Shown here piece after piece: positions 26,901 to 40,201 of a DNA stretch of 64,000 nucleotides. Made by a program: the position numbers and the translations under genes. The stretch's first letter is position 1, and every line of letters starts with the position of its first letter. The stretch is from Octopus sinensis (taxonomy: Eukaryota). The DNA lies in the NCBI RefSeq assembly GCF_006345805.1, contig NC_043005.1, positions 15,562,001 to 15,626,000 of the forward strand, given 5' to 3'. A model generated the notes under the pieces. That model ran no database searches and was not told the origin of the DNA. It worked only from the letters and a program-made list of their open reading frames with translations.

Positions 26901-28215
26901 TGTGCTGGTGACACATATAAAGCACCATCCGAACGTGGCCGTTGCCAGTGCAGCCTCCACTGGCTTCTGTGCCGGTGGCACATAAAAAGCACCATCCGAA
27001 CATGACCAATGCCAACCCTGCCTCGAATGGCTTCTGTGCCGGTGGCACATGAATATCGAACCAAATATCAATGGAAACAGTAGTTGTGATACCTGTGCCG
27101 GTGACACATAAAAAGCACCATCCGAACGTGGCCGTCGCCAGTGCAGCTTCCACTGGCTTCTGTGCCGGTGGCACATAAAAAGCACCATCCGAACGTGACC
27201 GATGCCAACCCCGCCTCAAATGGGTTCTGTGCCGGTGGCACATAAAAAGCAACATCCGAACGTGGCCGATGCCAGCACCGCCCCGACTGGCTTCTGTGCC
27301 GGTGGCACATAAAAAGCAACATCCGAACGTGGCCGATGCCAGCACCGCCCCGACTGGCTTCTGTGCCAGTGGCACATAAAAAGCACCAACTGATCGTGGC
27401 CGATGCCAGACCCCTCTGGCACCTGTGCAGGTGGCACGTAAAAAGCACCCACTACACTCGCGGAGTGGTTGGCGTTAGGAAGGGCATCCAGCTGTAGAAA
27501 CACTGCCAGCGCGGAAAATGGACGTTAAACGATGATGATGATGATGATGATGAAAACACCACCCTCACCATATTAAGCATCCTTGTTCAATTAATTTACA
27601 CCATCCAAATATATTCTCGTTTGAAGACACTGAACAGACACAACTCTTAATTTTCTTCTGGTTTTTTCCCATTCCACTTTTTCTTTTTCACTTCCTCTCA
27701 TCATCTTTCATGTTTTATCAAATACCAGCCTCCTTTCTCATCACTTCTAAAAAGTGCAGCCATATTGTATGTTTGAGTCTGAAAGATTGCTTGAAAATAC
27801 ATGGCACAGTATACACGCTTGTCTGACAATCATGTTTTCACAGCATGAAACTAATAGTTACTTGAATTTAAAAGCTGTGTATATTAAATGGTATATATAA
27901 GCTTATGTACATATACATACATGCATACATATACATATATGTGTGAGTATGTATAGATAGATATATACATTATACATGTATGTGTATATATATGTGTGTG
28001 TATGTATATATATATATATATATGTGATAGTTGCCATGATAGTTCGTTAGCCACTACACACATTTTCTTCTCTCCTTGTTTTTTCTATGTCCCTTTCTGT
28101 AGAAGAGCATAGGCTCAAAACGTAAAAGACTCTTTCTATTCCTGAGCATTATACTAATACATCTGTTTGTTTTGTACACCACCTGTCTTCGTCTTTTGTT
28201 TTTTTCATAAACTCT

Positions 28216-28258
<43 letters not shown>

Positions 28259-29465
28259 CTTGAATTTAAAAGCTGTGTATATTAAATGGTATATATACCC
28301 TTATAATATATATATGTATAAATATATATACATACATACATACATACATATGTCCTCAACAGCTCCACTGGATGTGTAATGTCAGTGTGCATACTCGACA
28401 GATTGTAAGTACCTTGAGAGAAAAGTTGGACCTAAGAAACATCAGATGTGGTGTGCAAGAGAGACAACTGTGCTGGTATGGTCATGTGGTAAGAATGGAT
28501 GAGGATAGCTGTGTGTAAAAGTGTCACACCCTAGCAGTTGAAGGAACCTGTGGAAGAGGTAAACCCAGGAAGATCTGTGGTGAGGTGGTGAAGCATGACC
28601 TTCAAATGTTAGGCTTCACCGAGGCAATGACTAGTGACCGAGACCTTTGGAAATATGCTGTGCTTGAGAAGACTCGGCAAGCCAAGTGAGACCATAACCC
28701 ATGGCCTATGCCAGGGGTGTAACCAGCCCACTTATGCATACCTTTCCTTCATTAGACACTAAACTCTGCTTGTGAAGACCTGTTGAGAGAAGTGAAATCG
28801 AAATCAAATTCAATGACAGCACCACATGACTGGCATCCATGATAGTGGAGAACTAAGAGCACCATCCGAGCGTGATCATTGCCAGGGCCGCTGACTGGTG
28901 CCCGTGCCAGTCACACATAAAAAGCATCATTCGAGCATGATTGTTACCAGCATCGCCTTACAGGCACTTGTACTGGTGGCACATGAAAAAAACATCCGAG
29001 GGAGGTTGTTGCCAGTGTCGCTGGACTGGCACCTGTGCAGGTGACATGTAAAAAACAACATTTGAGTGTGGCTGTTGCCAGTACTGCCTGAGTGGCGCTC
29101 GTGCCGGTGGCACGTAAAAGCACCTACTACACTCTTGGAGTGCTTGGCGTTAGGAAGAGCATCCAGCTGTAGAAACTCTGCCAGATCAGATTGGAGCCTT
29201 GTGCAGCCACTGGCTCTCCAGTCTTCAATCAAACTGTCCAACCCATGCCAGCATGGAAAGCAGACGTTAAACAATGATGATACACATCTATATATGTGTA
29301 TGTGTGTGAGTATAGATTGATATAGATATATACATTATATATATATATATATATATAATATATATACTGGGCCTGATGAAGCCTTCCGGCTTCACAGACC
29401 CCAGTTAAACCGTCCAACCCATGCTAGCTTGGAAAACGGATGCTAAATGATGATGATGATGATGA

Positions 29466-29500
<35 letters not shown>

Positions 29501-29953
29501 AATATATGTGTATGCATATATGTATATATAAAACCAAAGTCTTAATAAGTAGGAAGGCAGGCAAACCACAAAACCCTTCAGGTAGATGGCTCTGCTCGAT
29601 CTGTAGAAAAGGCGTAGGTAGAAACTCCCTAAGATGTACCCAATGTAAGTTATGAACACATAAGAGGTGCAGCAATATCAAAAGAAGGCTAACTGGGAAG
29701 ATAGATTTTGTGTGTGGTAAATGCTCAGGGCCAATGAACACTGAAAATGTGCAGAATACAGCCTCCAACACATTCCAGAGAGAAAAACTAGATGTAGTTG
29801 ATAGCTTCCATTACCTAGGTGACCATGTCAGTAGTTGGGGGGTGTGCTCTGAAAGTGTAGCTGCTAGACTAAAATATCCTGGGCAAAGTTCAGACAGCCC
29901 CTACCTCTGCTGGTGACAAAGGGCCTCTTGTTCAGAGTATATATATGTGTGTA

Positions 29954-29988
<35 letters not shown>

Positions 29989-29995
29989 TGCTGAA

Positions 29996-30052
<57 letters not shown>

Positions 30053-32051
30053 TCAGCAAAATTTAGATTCAAATGAATATGGTACTTAAGTCAGATGCAC
30101 CAGAATTTTGTACGGTGTTATCCATATAAAATCCATGGGGTGATTATAATCAAAGTAAGTAACAAGAATATCTTCAGTAATTTGGTACGATTGTTTCACG
30201 TTACATCATTTTATTAAACATTGTAAGTATTACATCAGTTTTAAAATGTTGAGCAATCATCAGCCATTCATAGAGGTTTTTCATCAATACATATACTTAT
30301 TTCCATGTTAATTGATAACATTATAAAGAGGGTAGATATACAGACAGAGATGTTGACTTAAATGTTAAGAACATTAAGGTATTAGAATTTATCTTCTGAC
30401 TGCAGATTTTCTTCTAGTTATTTTGATCTGCTAGTGAGTGGCAAGGGATATTCAGTTGAATGGAGACAGAAGAGTTTTCTATTTATAGATATAGGAAAGG
30501 GGTAAATAAAAGTTATTCCTGGTGAAGTTAAAGTGGTAGGGGGATTATAGACTAGTTTTGTCTTAGAGGTTGTTTACTACTATTTAGCAATCAGATTTTG
30601 TATCAGGAAAACTAGGCCAATACTAAATGGTCACGGTAACCATCTGTATACTACATAGTTACAGAAAATACAGAGGTTCTTTTACACTTATACAAACATA
30701 TACATATATGCATCTGCATTAATATATACAATCATACTTGGCTAGTAAGTGGTCATTATTTTAATAAGTTGGATTAAAAGGTTTCAAGTAATATGTCTCT
30801 AAATCTCTGTCCATTCACAGGATCTTTAAGCTTCCAGACCCTTCTCCTCCATGCTGGTCGTCTTCTGGGCATCCATTTAGCCCTGATCCTGAAGTCACTA
30901 ACTACCAGTCTATGTTGTGGGGTACATTCTTCACCTGGGAAGGTTTTGGTATTTATAAGCAGCCATCTTTCCCTTTTTCTGGTGAGGATGTAGTCAATTT
31001 GGCTAGTGTGTCTGCCAGAACAGTAAGTGACTAGGTGACTGGCAGGTTTTCTGAAGTTAGTATTGCAAACCATAAGATCATTTGCATCACAGAACTCCAG
31101 CAGCCTGGTTCCCTCCTAGTTGCAGGAACCATAACCGTAGCCTCCATGTATGCCATGGAAGTCCCCAGCATGTTGTCCAACATGTCCATTGAAGTCACCA
31201 GCCACAAAGAGATGGTCCTTGTCGAACTAACAAGTTTAGAGGAGAGCATCTTCTGCATGCACTGGTTTGGTGGTGGAAGTCTTGGCGAGGCGAGTGGTAA
31301 TTGAAAGAGGGCGAGAGAGACAGAGTGAAATAGAGAGAGACAGACAAACAGAGTGAAATAGAGAGAGAGAGAGACAGAGTGAAATAGAGAGAGAGAGGGG
31401 AGAAGTAGTCAAGAATATGAAGGAGCAAATATTCTTTTGGGATCTGCTTAGCATAGTTTAATGAGAGAGCAAATGTTGATAATAGTAAATAGACTTGAAA
31501 AATCTGAGTTTTCGGTCAGACAATTTAAGACAAAATTAGAGTAATAAGTGACTGTGTGATAAAATTTTAATAGATGAATGAATTGATGAATATGTTGCGG
31601 TTAACTTGAACTAGGAAGTTTAGAGGAGAGCATCTTCTGCGTGCACTGGTTTATATGTGGTGGTGTTGGTAGTGGTGGAAGTCTTGGCGAGGCGAATGGT
31701 AATCGAAAGAGGGAGAGAGAGACAGAGTATATATACACATATATACATACATACGGTGGCAGTAAAAAGCACCATCTGATCGTGGCCGTTGCCAGCCTTG
31801 CCTGGCCTCCGTGCCGGTGGCACGTAAAAAGCACCATCCAATCGTGGCCGTTTGCCAGCCTCGTCTGGCACCTGTGCCGGCGGCACATAAAAAGCATCCA
31901 CTACACTCTCGGAGTGGTTGGCGTTAGGAAGGGCATCCAGCCGTAGAAACATTCCCAAATCAGACTGGGCCTGGTGCAGCCTTCTGGCTTCCCAGACCCC
32001 AGTTGAACATTCCAACCCATGCTAGCATGGAAAGCGGACGCTAAACGATGA

Positions 32052-32090
<39 letters not shown>

Positions 32091-35000
32091 CATATATATA
32101 CACACACACACATCATCATCATCATCATCATCATCATTTAGCGTCCGTTTTCCATGCTAGCATGGGTTGGACGGTTCAACTGGGGTCTGGGGAGCCCGAA
32201 GGCTGCACCAGGCCAGTCAGATCTGGCAGTGTTTCTACAGCTGGATGCCCTTCCTAACGCCAACCACTCCGAGAGTGTAGTGGGTGATTTTATGTGCCAC
32301 CGACACAGGTGCCAGACGAGGCTGGCGAACGGCCACGCTCGGATGGTGTTTTTATGTGCCACCGACACAGGTGCCAGATGAGGCTGGCGGACGGCCACGA
32401 TCGGATGGTGTTTGTTACGTCCCCAAAGCACGGAGGCCAGTCTATGCGGTACTGGCTATGGCCACGTTCGGATGATTTTCTTGTGTGCCACCGGCACTGG
32501 TACCACCGGCACTGGTACCACAAAGATACAAATTCCATTGATGTTCATCTATTTTGATTTGTTTTGATTTGATTTGATTTTCACTTGCCTCAACAGGTCT
32601 TCACAAGTGTCACAAGAAGGAAGGTATGCACAGGTGGACTGACTACGTCCCAGGTAGGGGCCACGGGTTATGGCCTGACTAGTCTTGCCGGGTCTTCGGA
32701 TGGTGTTTTTATGTGCCACCGACACAGGTGCCAGATGAGGCTGGCGAACGGCCACGATCGGATGGTGTTTGTTGCGTGCCCACAGCACAGAGGCCAGTCG
32801 ATGCGGTACTGGCTACGGCCACGTTCGGATGGTTTTCTTGTGTGCCACCGGCACTGGTACCACAAAGATACAAATTCCATTGATGTTCATCTATTTTGAT
32901 CTGATTTGATTTGATTTTCACTTGCCTCAACAGGTCTTCACAGGTCTTCACAAGTGTCACAAGAAGGAAGGAAGGTATGCACAGGTGGACTGACTACGTC
33001 CCAAGTAGGGGCCACGGGTTATGGCCTGACTAGTCTTGCCGGGTCTTCGGTTGGTGTTTTTATGTGCCACCGACACAGGTGCCAGATGAGGCTGGCGGAC
33101 GGCCACGATCGGATGGTGTTTGTTATGTGCCCACATCACAGAGGCCAGTCGATGCGGTACTGGCTACGGCCACGTTCGGATGGTTTTCTTGTGTGCCACC
33201 GGTACTGGTACCACAAAGATACAAATTCTTTATATATATATATATAACCCATGCTAGCATGGAAAGCGGATGTTAAACGATGATGATGATGATGATGATG
33301 ATGGTGATATATATCTATATATATATGTATGTACATATATGAACAGAGAAATACAAATGTACGTTTGCATACACACACATATGTGTGCAAGTTCATACAC
33401 AGTGACATACAGAGATAACTCCATTTAATGTGAGAAACCTCTGACTGGTTCACTTGCTAGAAATGCCAAATCTCTTTTAAATCACATCCTACTGTCTTAG
33501 AGAAGAAGGACACACTGAATAAAGCCTTTGGTTGCATGCATCTGAGAAACTAACATGATGGTCATGACTGGAATGTCTTTCTTTCTTTAGCCAATCAAGC
33601 AAGCCCAACCAGGACTTCAACAATGACAAAAAAATCGAACAGAGAAGATAAAAAATACAGAATTCTTACTTGGAATATGTCAAAAGCCTCATGAGGGTAA
33701 TTGAAGTATACAAGAACCTCATTCATTCTTAAATTTCCAATAATGGCAAATTCAGCAAATGTCGGGATATAAGCTAACTTTTTTAATCTTAGCTGATGTA
33801 AAGAATGTATTCCACTGCCATGCACTACAAGAAGTACAGTTAGTACTACTCTATCTCTTATTAGTCTGGATCGTGAGGTTAATTCTACTCTCCACATAGA
33901 ATCTAAACAAGAAAGAAGAAAATAATTTTTTTAAAAAAACAATCAAAAAGATGATAGTGTAGTTGTGATACATTAACCCTTTGTTACCAACCCGGCTGAA
34001 ACCGGCTCTGGCTCTGTTGTACAAATGTCTTGTTTTCTTAAGGTTTCAATTAAAATCTTCCACCAAACCTTAGTCACAATTTATGTTCCTAATACAAGCT
34101 GAATGATAACTAAGTTATTTTACTAAATTCTTTGTTATATTTAAAATTAATTGAAAAAACACAGAACATCTCAAAATAAATACAGTAAAGAAAGGGTTAA
34201 CAAATGAAACGTGCTGAAAGAAAAGAAGAAACATTGGAATTACTTGACATTTTAAGATCCAAGCTATTCCTCAAAGGATGGTGGCTGAAATATTTGTTAG
34301 AATATTTTTGTTGAAATACAATGTCTTGGTTTCAGTTAATTTCGAGAATGATGAAGCATTTATTAAATAACTTTGGAATTTTAATGAAAGATTTTTCATT
34401 TCAACCACTTTAAAACAAAGAATTGATATTAGGGAAGTAGGGTCCATCTTTGGCAGGTTGTCACCAAAATGGTTCAGAAGTAAATGAATGGTAGCTATTA
34501 ATATTTGTAATCATATTAAATTCAATGATTTAAATAATTAGTAGGAGGAAGAATTATCATTAATAATATTTGTTATGAACATTAAACACTTTTGATATAT
34601 ATGTAACAAATAATTTATTGTATGTTTGTATGCAAATCCAGCAAAATGTGAATTTGTAAAAGGTGAGAGCTGCAATATCTCATATAAATAAAATCATAAT
34701 TGCCTTTTAATAGTGAGAATAATTTCTTAGAGAGAAAGTGGAAGAGTAAAACTGATATTTAATGAAACAATATTCATCCAGGATCTAAAAATACAAGGTG
34801 TCCCAATGGTCTCCGTGGAGGGCTTAATTCTAAGGCTTTTATAAGACTGCTAAAACATCATCATCATCATGAATATCTAACATCCACTGTCTATGCTGGC
34901 ATGGGTGGACAGTTTGACCAGGGTTGGTAAGCTGGAAGGCTGCACCAGACTCCAGTCTGATTTGGCATGGTTTTCTGCAGCTGGATGCTTTTCCTAACAC

Positions 35001-38000
35001 CAACCACTCCAAGAGTGTAAATGGATGTTTTTATGTGCCACCGGCATAGGTGCTATTTGCATGACACCAGTATGTGCCATGACTGTGATTTTACTTAGCT
35101 TGATGGTTCTTCTTCTCAAGTACAACTTAATGCCAAAGGTCTTGATCACGGTGTCCTTGAGGCTCAACACTTAAAAGGAGCTTTTCACGTGCCACCGGCA
35201 TCAGCCACTTTGCCTCTGTGAGGCCCAACATTTGAAAGGTGCACTTTATGTGCCATCAGCTATGACTATGATTTCACTTAGCTTGATGGGCTTTCTCAAG
35301 CACAGCATAATGCCAAAGGTCTCAGTCACCAGTCATTGCCTCTGTGAGGCTTAAAGTTCAAAGAGCATGCTTCACCACCTCATCCCATGTCTTCTTGTGT
35401 CTACCTCTACCACAAGTTCCCTCTGCAGTTAGAGACTGACACCTCTTTACACAGCTATCCTCATCCACATGCATCACATGGCCATACCATCACTGTCATC
35501 TCTCTTGGACACCACACTTGATGCCTCTTATACCCAACTTTTCTCTCAAGATGCTTGCCCTCTGTTGAACATGCACACAAACATTGTACATCCAGCAAAG
35601 CATACTGGCTTCATTTCTTTCAAACCAACGCATGTCCTCAGCTGTCACAGCTCATGTTTCACTGCCATAGCATAGCTGGTCGCACACAGGCATCATACAA
35701 TCTGCCTTTCTCTTAAAGAGAGAGGCCTTTTGTTGCCAGTAGAGGCAAGAGCTCTCTGAAATTTTCCCAGCCTATTCTTATTCTTATAGCTACACTTTTC
35801 AGCATCCACCTCTGCTACTAACTTGGTCACCTTGATAACGGAAGCTTATACCAATGGCAGTTTATTTACTGTACCTTTTTGGTGTTTATTGTACCTGTGT
35901 GTCTTCCACACACACAATGGCTATTTTCCCTGTTAACCCTCCTCTGATATTGCTGCACCTCTTATATGTCCATAGTTTATTATTGCCATGATGCCTTTAG
36001 GTGCAAAAACTAAGCTTTTCTTTTTGTCTGGCATCACTTCTTACAAACTGATTGGCTGGAAAAATGTCAGTAGACTTTATAATAGAGTCAAGGAATATAT
36101 TGGATGAGGTGGTGAAACATGACCTTTGAACACTGGGACTCATAGAGGCAGTGACAGGAGACCGGAACCTTTGGAGATATGCTGTGATTGAGAAGACTCG
36201 GGAACTAAAGTGAGATTGCAGCCACACATGTCCAGCCCTGTTAAGAATACCCTGATGCGTTGGGCAATATGATATGCTTGAGAAGACCCGCTGAATAAAA
36301 CGAATATCGTAACTAGGGCTGGTACCCCAGACTGGCCCCCATGCTGGTGGCACGTAAAAAGCACCGTCTGAACGTAGTCAATACCAGGTCCACCTGACTG
36401 GCTCTCGTGCCATGGCACGTAAAAAACACCAACCAATTGTGATCGATGCCAGTACCTACTAACTGACTCCTGTACTGGTAGCATGTAAAAAGCACCCACT
36501 ACACTCTTGGAGTGGTTGGCGTTAGGAAGGGCATCCGACTGTGGAAACATTGCCATATCAGATTGGAGCCTGATGCAGCCACTCTCCAGACATCAGTCAA
36601 ACTGTCCAACCCATGCCAGCATGGAAAACGGACATTAAACTATAATGATGATGATAATTTCTGTTGAAATGCTCTGTGTTTCTTTCAATTACTTTAAATA
36701 TAACAAAAAATTTAGTAAAATAACTTATCATTAAGCTAGTATTAGGAATATAAACTTTGACTAAGGTTTCGTGGAAGATTTTAATTCAGAACTTTTGAAA
36801 ACAAGACGTTTGTACTGCAGAGCCAGAGACGTTTTCAGGCGGATTGGTATCAAAAGTGTTAAAGGATCTTACTAAAATAGCTGTGGTCAATATTATTCAG
36901 CAGAGGTTTTTAATTTTTAACTTAAACACTGCAGGTCAAATTTTACAACAGTTGTCTGCATGGCACATACAACAATTGTCATCAACTACAGTCCCTGGCT
37001 AAGTAAGGCCTTCTGAGTGTAAATGATAGGCAGAAATTGGAAAACATCCATCATTCACATACACACACAACAGCGAAAAGACAATATTTGTAGCATTAAG
37101 TGAAACACACTAAGGCGGTGAGCTGGCAGAAACGTTAGCACACCGGGCAAAATACTTAGTGGTATTTCGTCTGTCTTTACATTCTGAGTTCAAATTCTGC
37201 TGAGGTCGACTTTGCTTTTCATTCTTTCGGGGTCAATAAGTACCAGTTGCGTACTGGTGACAATCTAATTGACTAGACTCTCCCCGCAAATTTCAGGCCT
37301 TGTGCCTAGAGTAGAAAAGATTAAATGAAACACACCTGACCCCAGACATATTGGATGCAGAAATACATATGTCAGGCTATGTACTACACAGAACTGATCA
37401 CAGAATAAAGAAACAATGAGGAGTAGCACTCTACATCCACGAAGACCTAGCAATAAATGTCCTCCTCTTCCACTCCAACAGTGTGTGATGCACTAATAGT
37501 GCATGCGACCAACCTCAATGTGATCATAGGCATTACTTAATGGCCTCTTGATGCAGCTAATCATAGAGATCACTTCAGGGATGCTTCACCACTCATAAGT
37601 CAATACTATGCCATACTATTGAAAACTTGCCAAAACAGCCTCACCAAGCCATTGATGTAACTATTTCAAAAGTCACTTGAAACTGACATATTCCCAGAAC
37701 TATTGAAAGAAGCAACAGTAACACCTATCCATAACGGAGGTAGCAGGGCTGAAGCTAAAAATTACAGACCGGTTTCTCTCACATCTCACACATCTAAAAT
37801 TGCCTGATAAAGAATAACTGCATATCTTGAAGAAAACAACCTCTCAGATAATACACAGCATGGTTTTCGGACTGGACGAGGTTGCCTGATACAACTATTA
37901 CAACACCATAAAACTATTCTCAATAATCTCCTAAATGGGAAAGGACACTGACTGCATATACCTTGATTTTGACATCATGGAATCATGTCATAGGATAAGG

Positions 38001-40151
38001 GATCTTGGTATCATAGGACAACTCAGAGAATGGTTCTTTAGGATAGGAATCAATCTGTTGCTGCAAATGGTTATCTCTCAGCAAAGTTACCTGTAATAAG
38101 TGGCATACCAGAGGGTATGGTTCTAGGACCATTATTATTTACCATAACCCTATCAGGCATAAGCTCGCAAGTGCAATTGGTCAATCTAATGAATTACGCT
38201 GACAATACAAAATATCAATGGCTATCCAAACTCCAAAATGTGCAATCACACTCCAAAATGACCTAAACGTCATTTATCAATGGGCAGATAAAAATAATCT
38301 GAGATTTAGTGCAACCATAATTTCAGGCCCTTCCTTATGGAGGGAACTGACACAAATCCCAATATTTGGTGCCAGATAATGCAATAATTCAGAGCAATGA
38401 TGACATACGGGATTTAGGAATAATCATGTCCAATGATGCTTCTTTCATCAGCTACATCACCAAACTGCCCTCTAAATGCAGACATCTCATGGATGGATCC
38501 TACGAAGCTTCATGACAAGAGAACCGATAGTTATGCTAACTCTATGGAAAACCGTTGTTCTGAGCAGATTAGATTACTGCTCACAGCTTTGGTCTCCAAA
38601 TTCATTTGGTCTCATAGAAGAAATTGAGGGGTTACAAAGAACATTCACCAGTAAAATAACTTCAGTTAATGGCCTTAATTTCTGGGAATGCCTGAAAGCT
38701 CTGCATCTCAACTCCCTTGAATACCAAAGAGAGAGATATATACTATTATATATTTCTTTACTACCCACAAGGGGCTACACACAGAAGGGACAAATAAGGA
38801 CAGACAAACGGATTACGTCGACCCCAGTGCGTAACTGGTACTTAATTTATCGACCCGGAAAGGATGAAAGGCAAAGTCAACCTCGGCGGAATTTGAACTC
38901 AGAACGTAACGCATTTCGCCCAGCGTGCTAACATTTCTGCCAGCTCGCCGCCTTATATACTATTATATATTTATGGAAGATCCTGGAGAGGCATGTTCCA
39001 AGTATTGGCATTAAAGTGAATTTTAATGCTTGAACTGGTGGGTACTGTCAGCTCCCAAACATACCATCTTCAAACTTACGAGCAAAAGCACTCTACTGTA
39101 CCGGTCTAATACTCAGAGGTCCTCAAGTATTCTACTGCTTACCCAAAGAGATTAGAAATACAAAAGGGACCTCTACTGAAACTTTCAAAAAAGTATTGGA
39201 TGAACTCCTAACGACAATATTGGACCAACCAACCATTCAAGGATACACTCGTGGGGAGATCAGCAACCACAGACTCTATCATCGACCAACTTTTAATCAT
39301 AATGTGACAACAAAACTAAAAAAAAATTAAATTAAGGAAGTGCTCTAGCATGGCCGCAGTCCAGAGACTGAAACCATTAAAAGAATAAAAGAATATATAT
39401 ATATATATATATATGACACGTAAAAGCACCATCCGTTCGTGGCCGTTTGCCAGCTCTGTCTGGCCCCCGTGCCGGTGACACGTAAAAGCACCATCCGTTC
39501 GTGGCCGTTTGCCAGCCCTGTCTGGCCCCCATGACGGTGACATGTAAAAGCACCATCCGTTCGTGGCCATTTGCGAGCCCTGTCTGGCCACCATGTCGGT
39601 GACATGTAAAAGCACCATCCGTTCGTGTCCGTTGCCAGCCTCGCCTGGCCCCCGTGCCGGTGACACGTAAAAGCACCATCCGTTCGTGGCCGTTTGCCAG
39701 CCCTGTCTGGTCCCCATGTCGGTGGCATATAAAAGCACCATCCGTTCGTGTCCATTGCCAGCCTTGCCTGGCCCCCGTGCCGGTGACACATAAAAGCACC
39801 ATCCGTTTCATGGCCGTTTGCCAGCTCTGTCTGGCCCCCGTGTTGGTGGCACGTAAAAGCACCATCCGTTCGTGTCCGTTGCCAGCCTCGCCTGACCCCG
39901 TGCCAGTGACACGTAAAAGCACCATCCGTTCATGGCCGTTTGCCAGCTCTGTCTGGCACCTGTGCGGGTGGCACGTAAAAAGCACCCACTACACTCACGG
40001 AGTGGTGGGCGTTAGGAAGGGCATCCAGCCGTAGAAACACTGCCAGATCTGACTGGGCCTGATGAAGCCTTCCAGCTTCACAGACCCCAGTTGAACCGTC
40101 CAACCCATGCTAGCATGGAGAACGGACGCTAAATGATGATGATGATGATGA

Positions 40152-40201
<50 letters not shown>

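Noticed and set aside
26160-27503. Long overlapping ORFs and a CRISPR-like palindromic repeat/spacer look
   Set aside because: The ORFs are by-products of a 193-bp tandem array in a LINE UTR. The spacers are near-identical rather than unique, there are no cas genes, and the context is eukaryotic.
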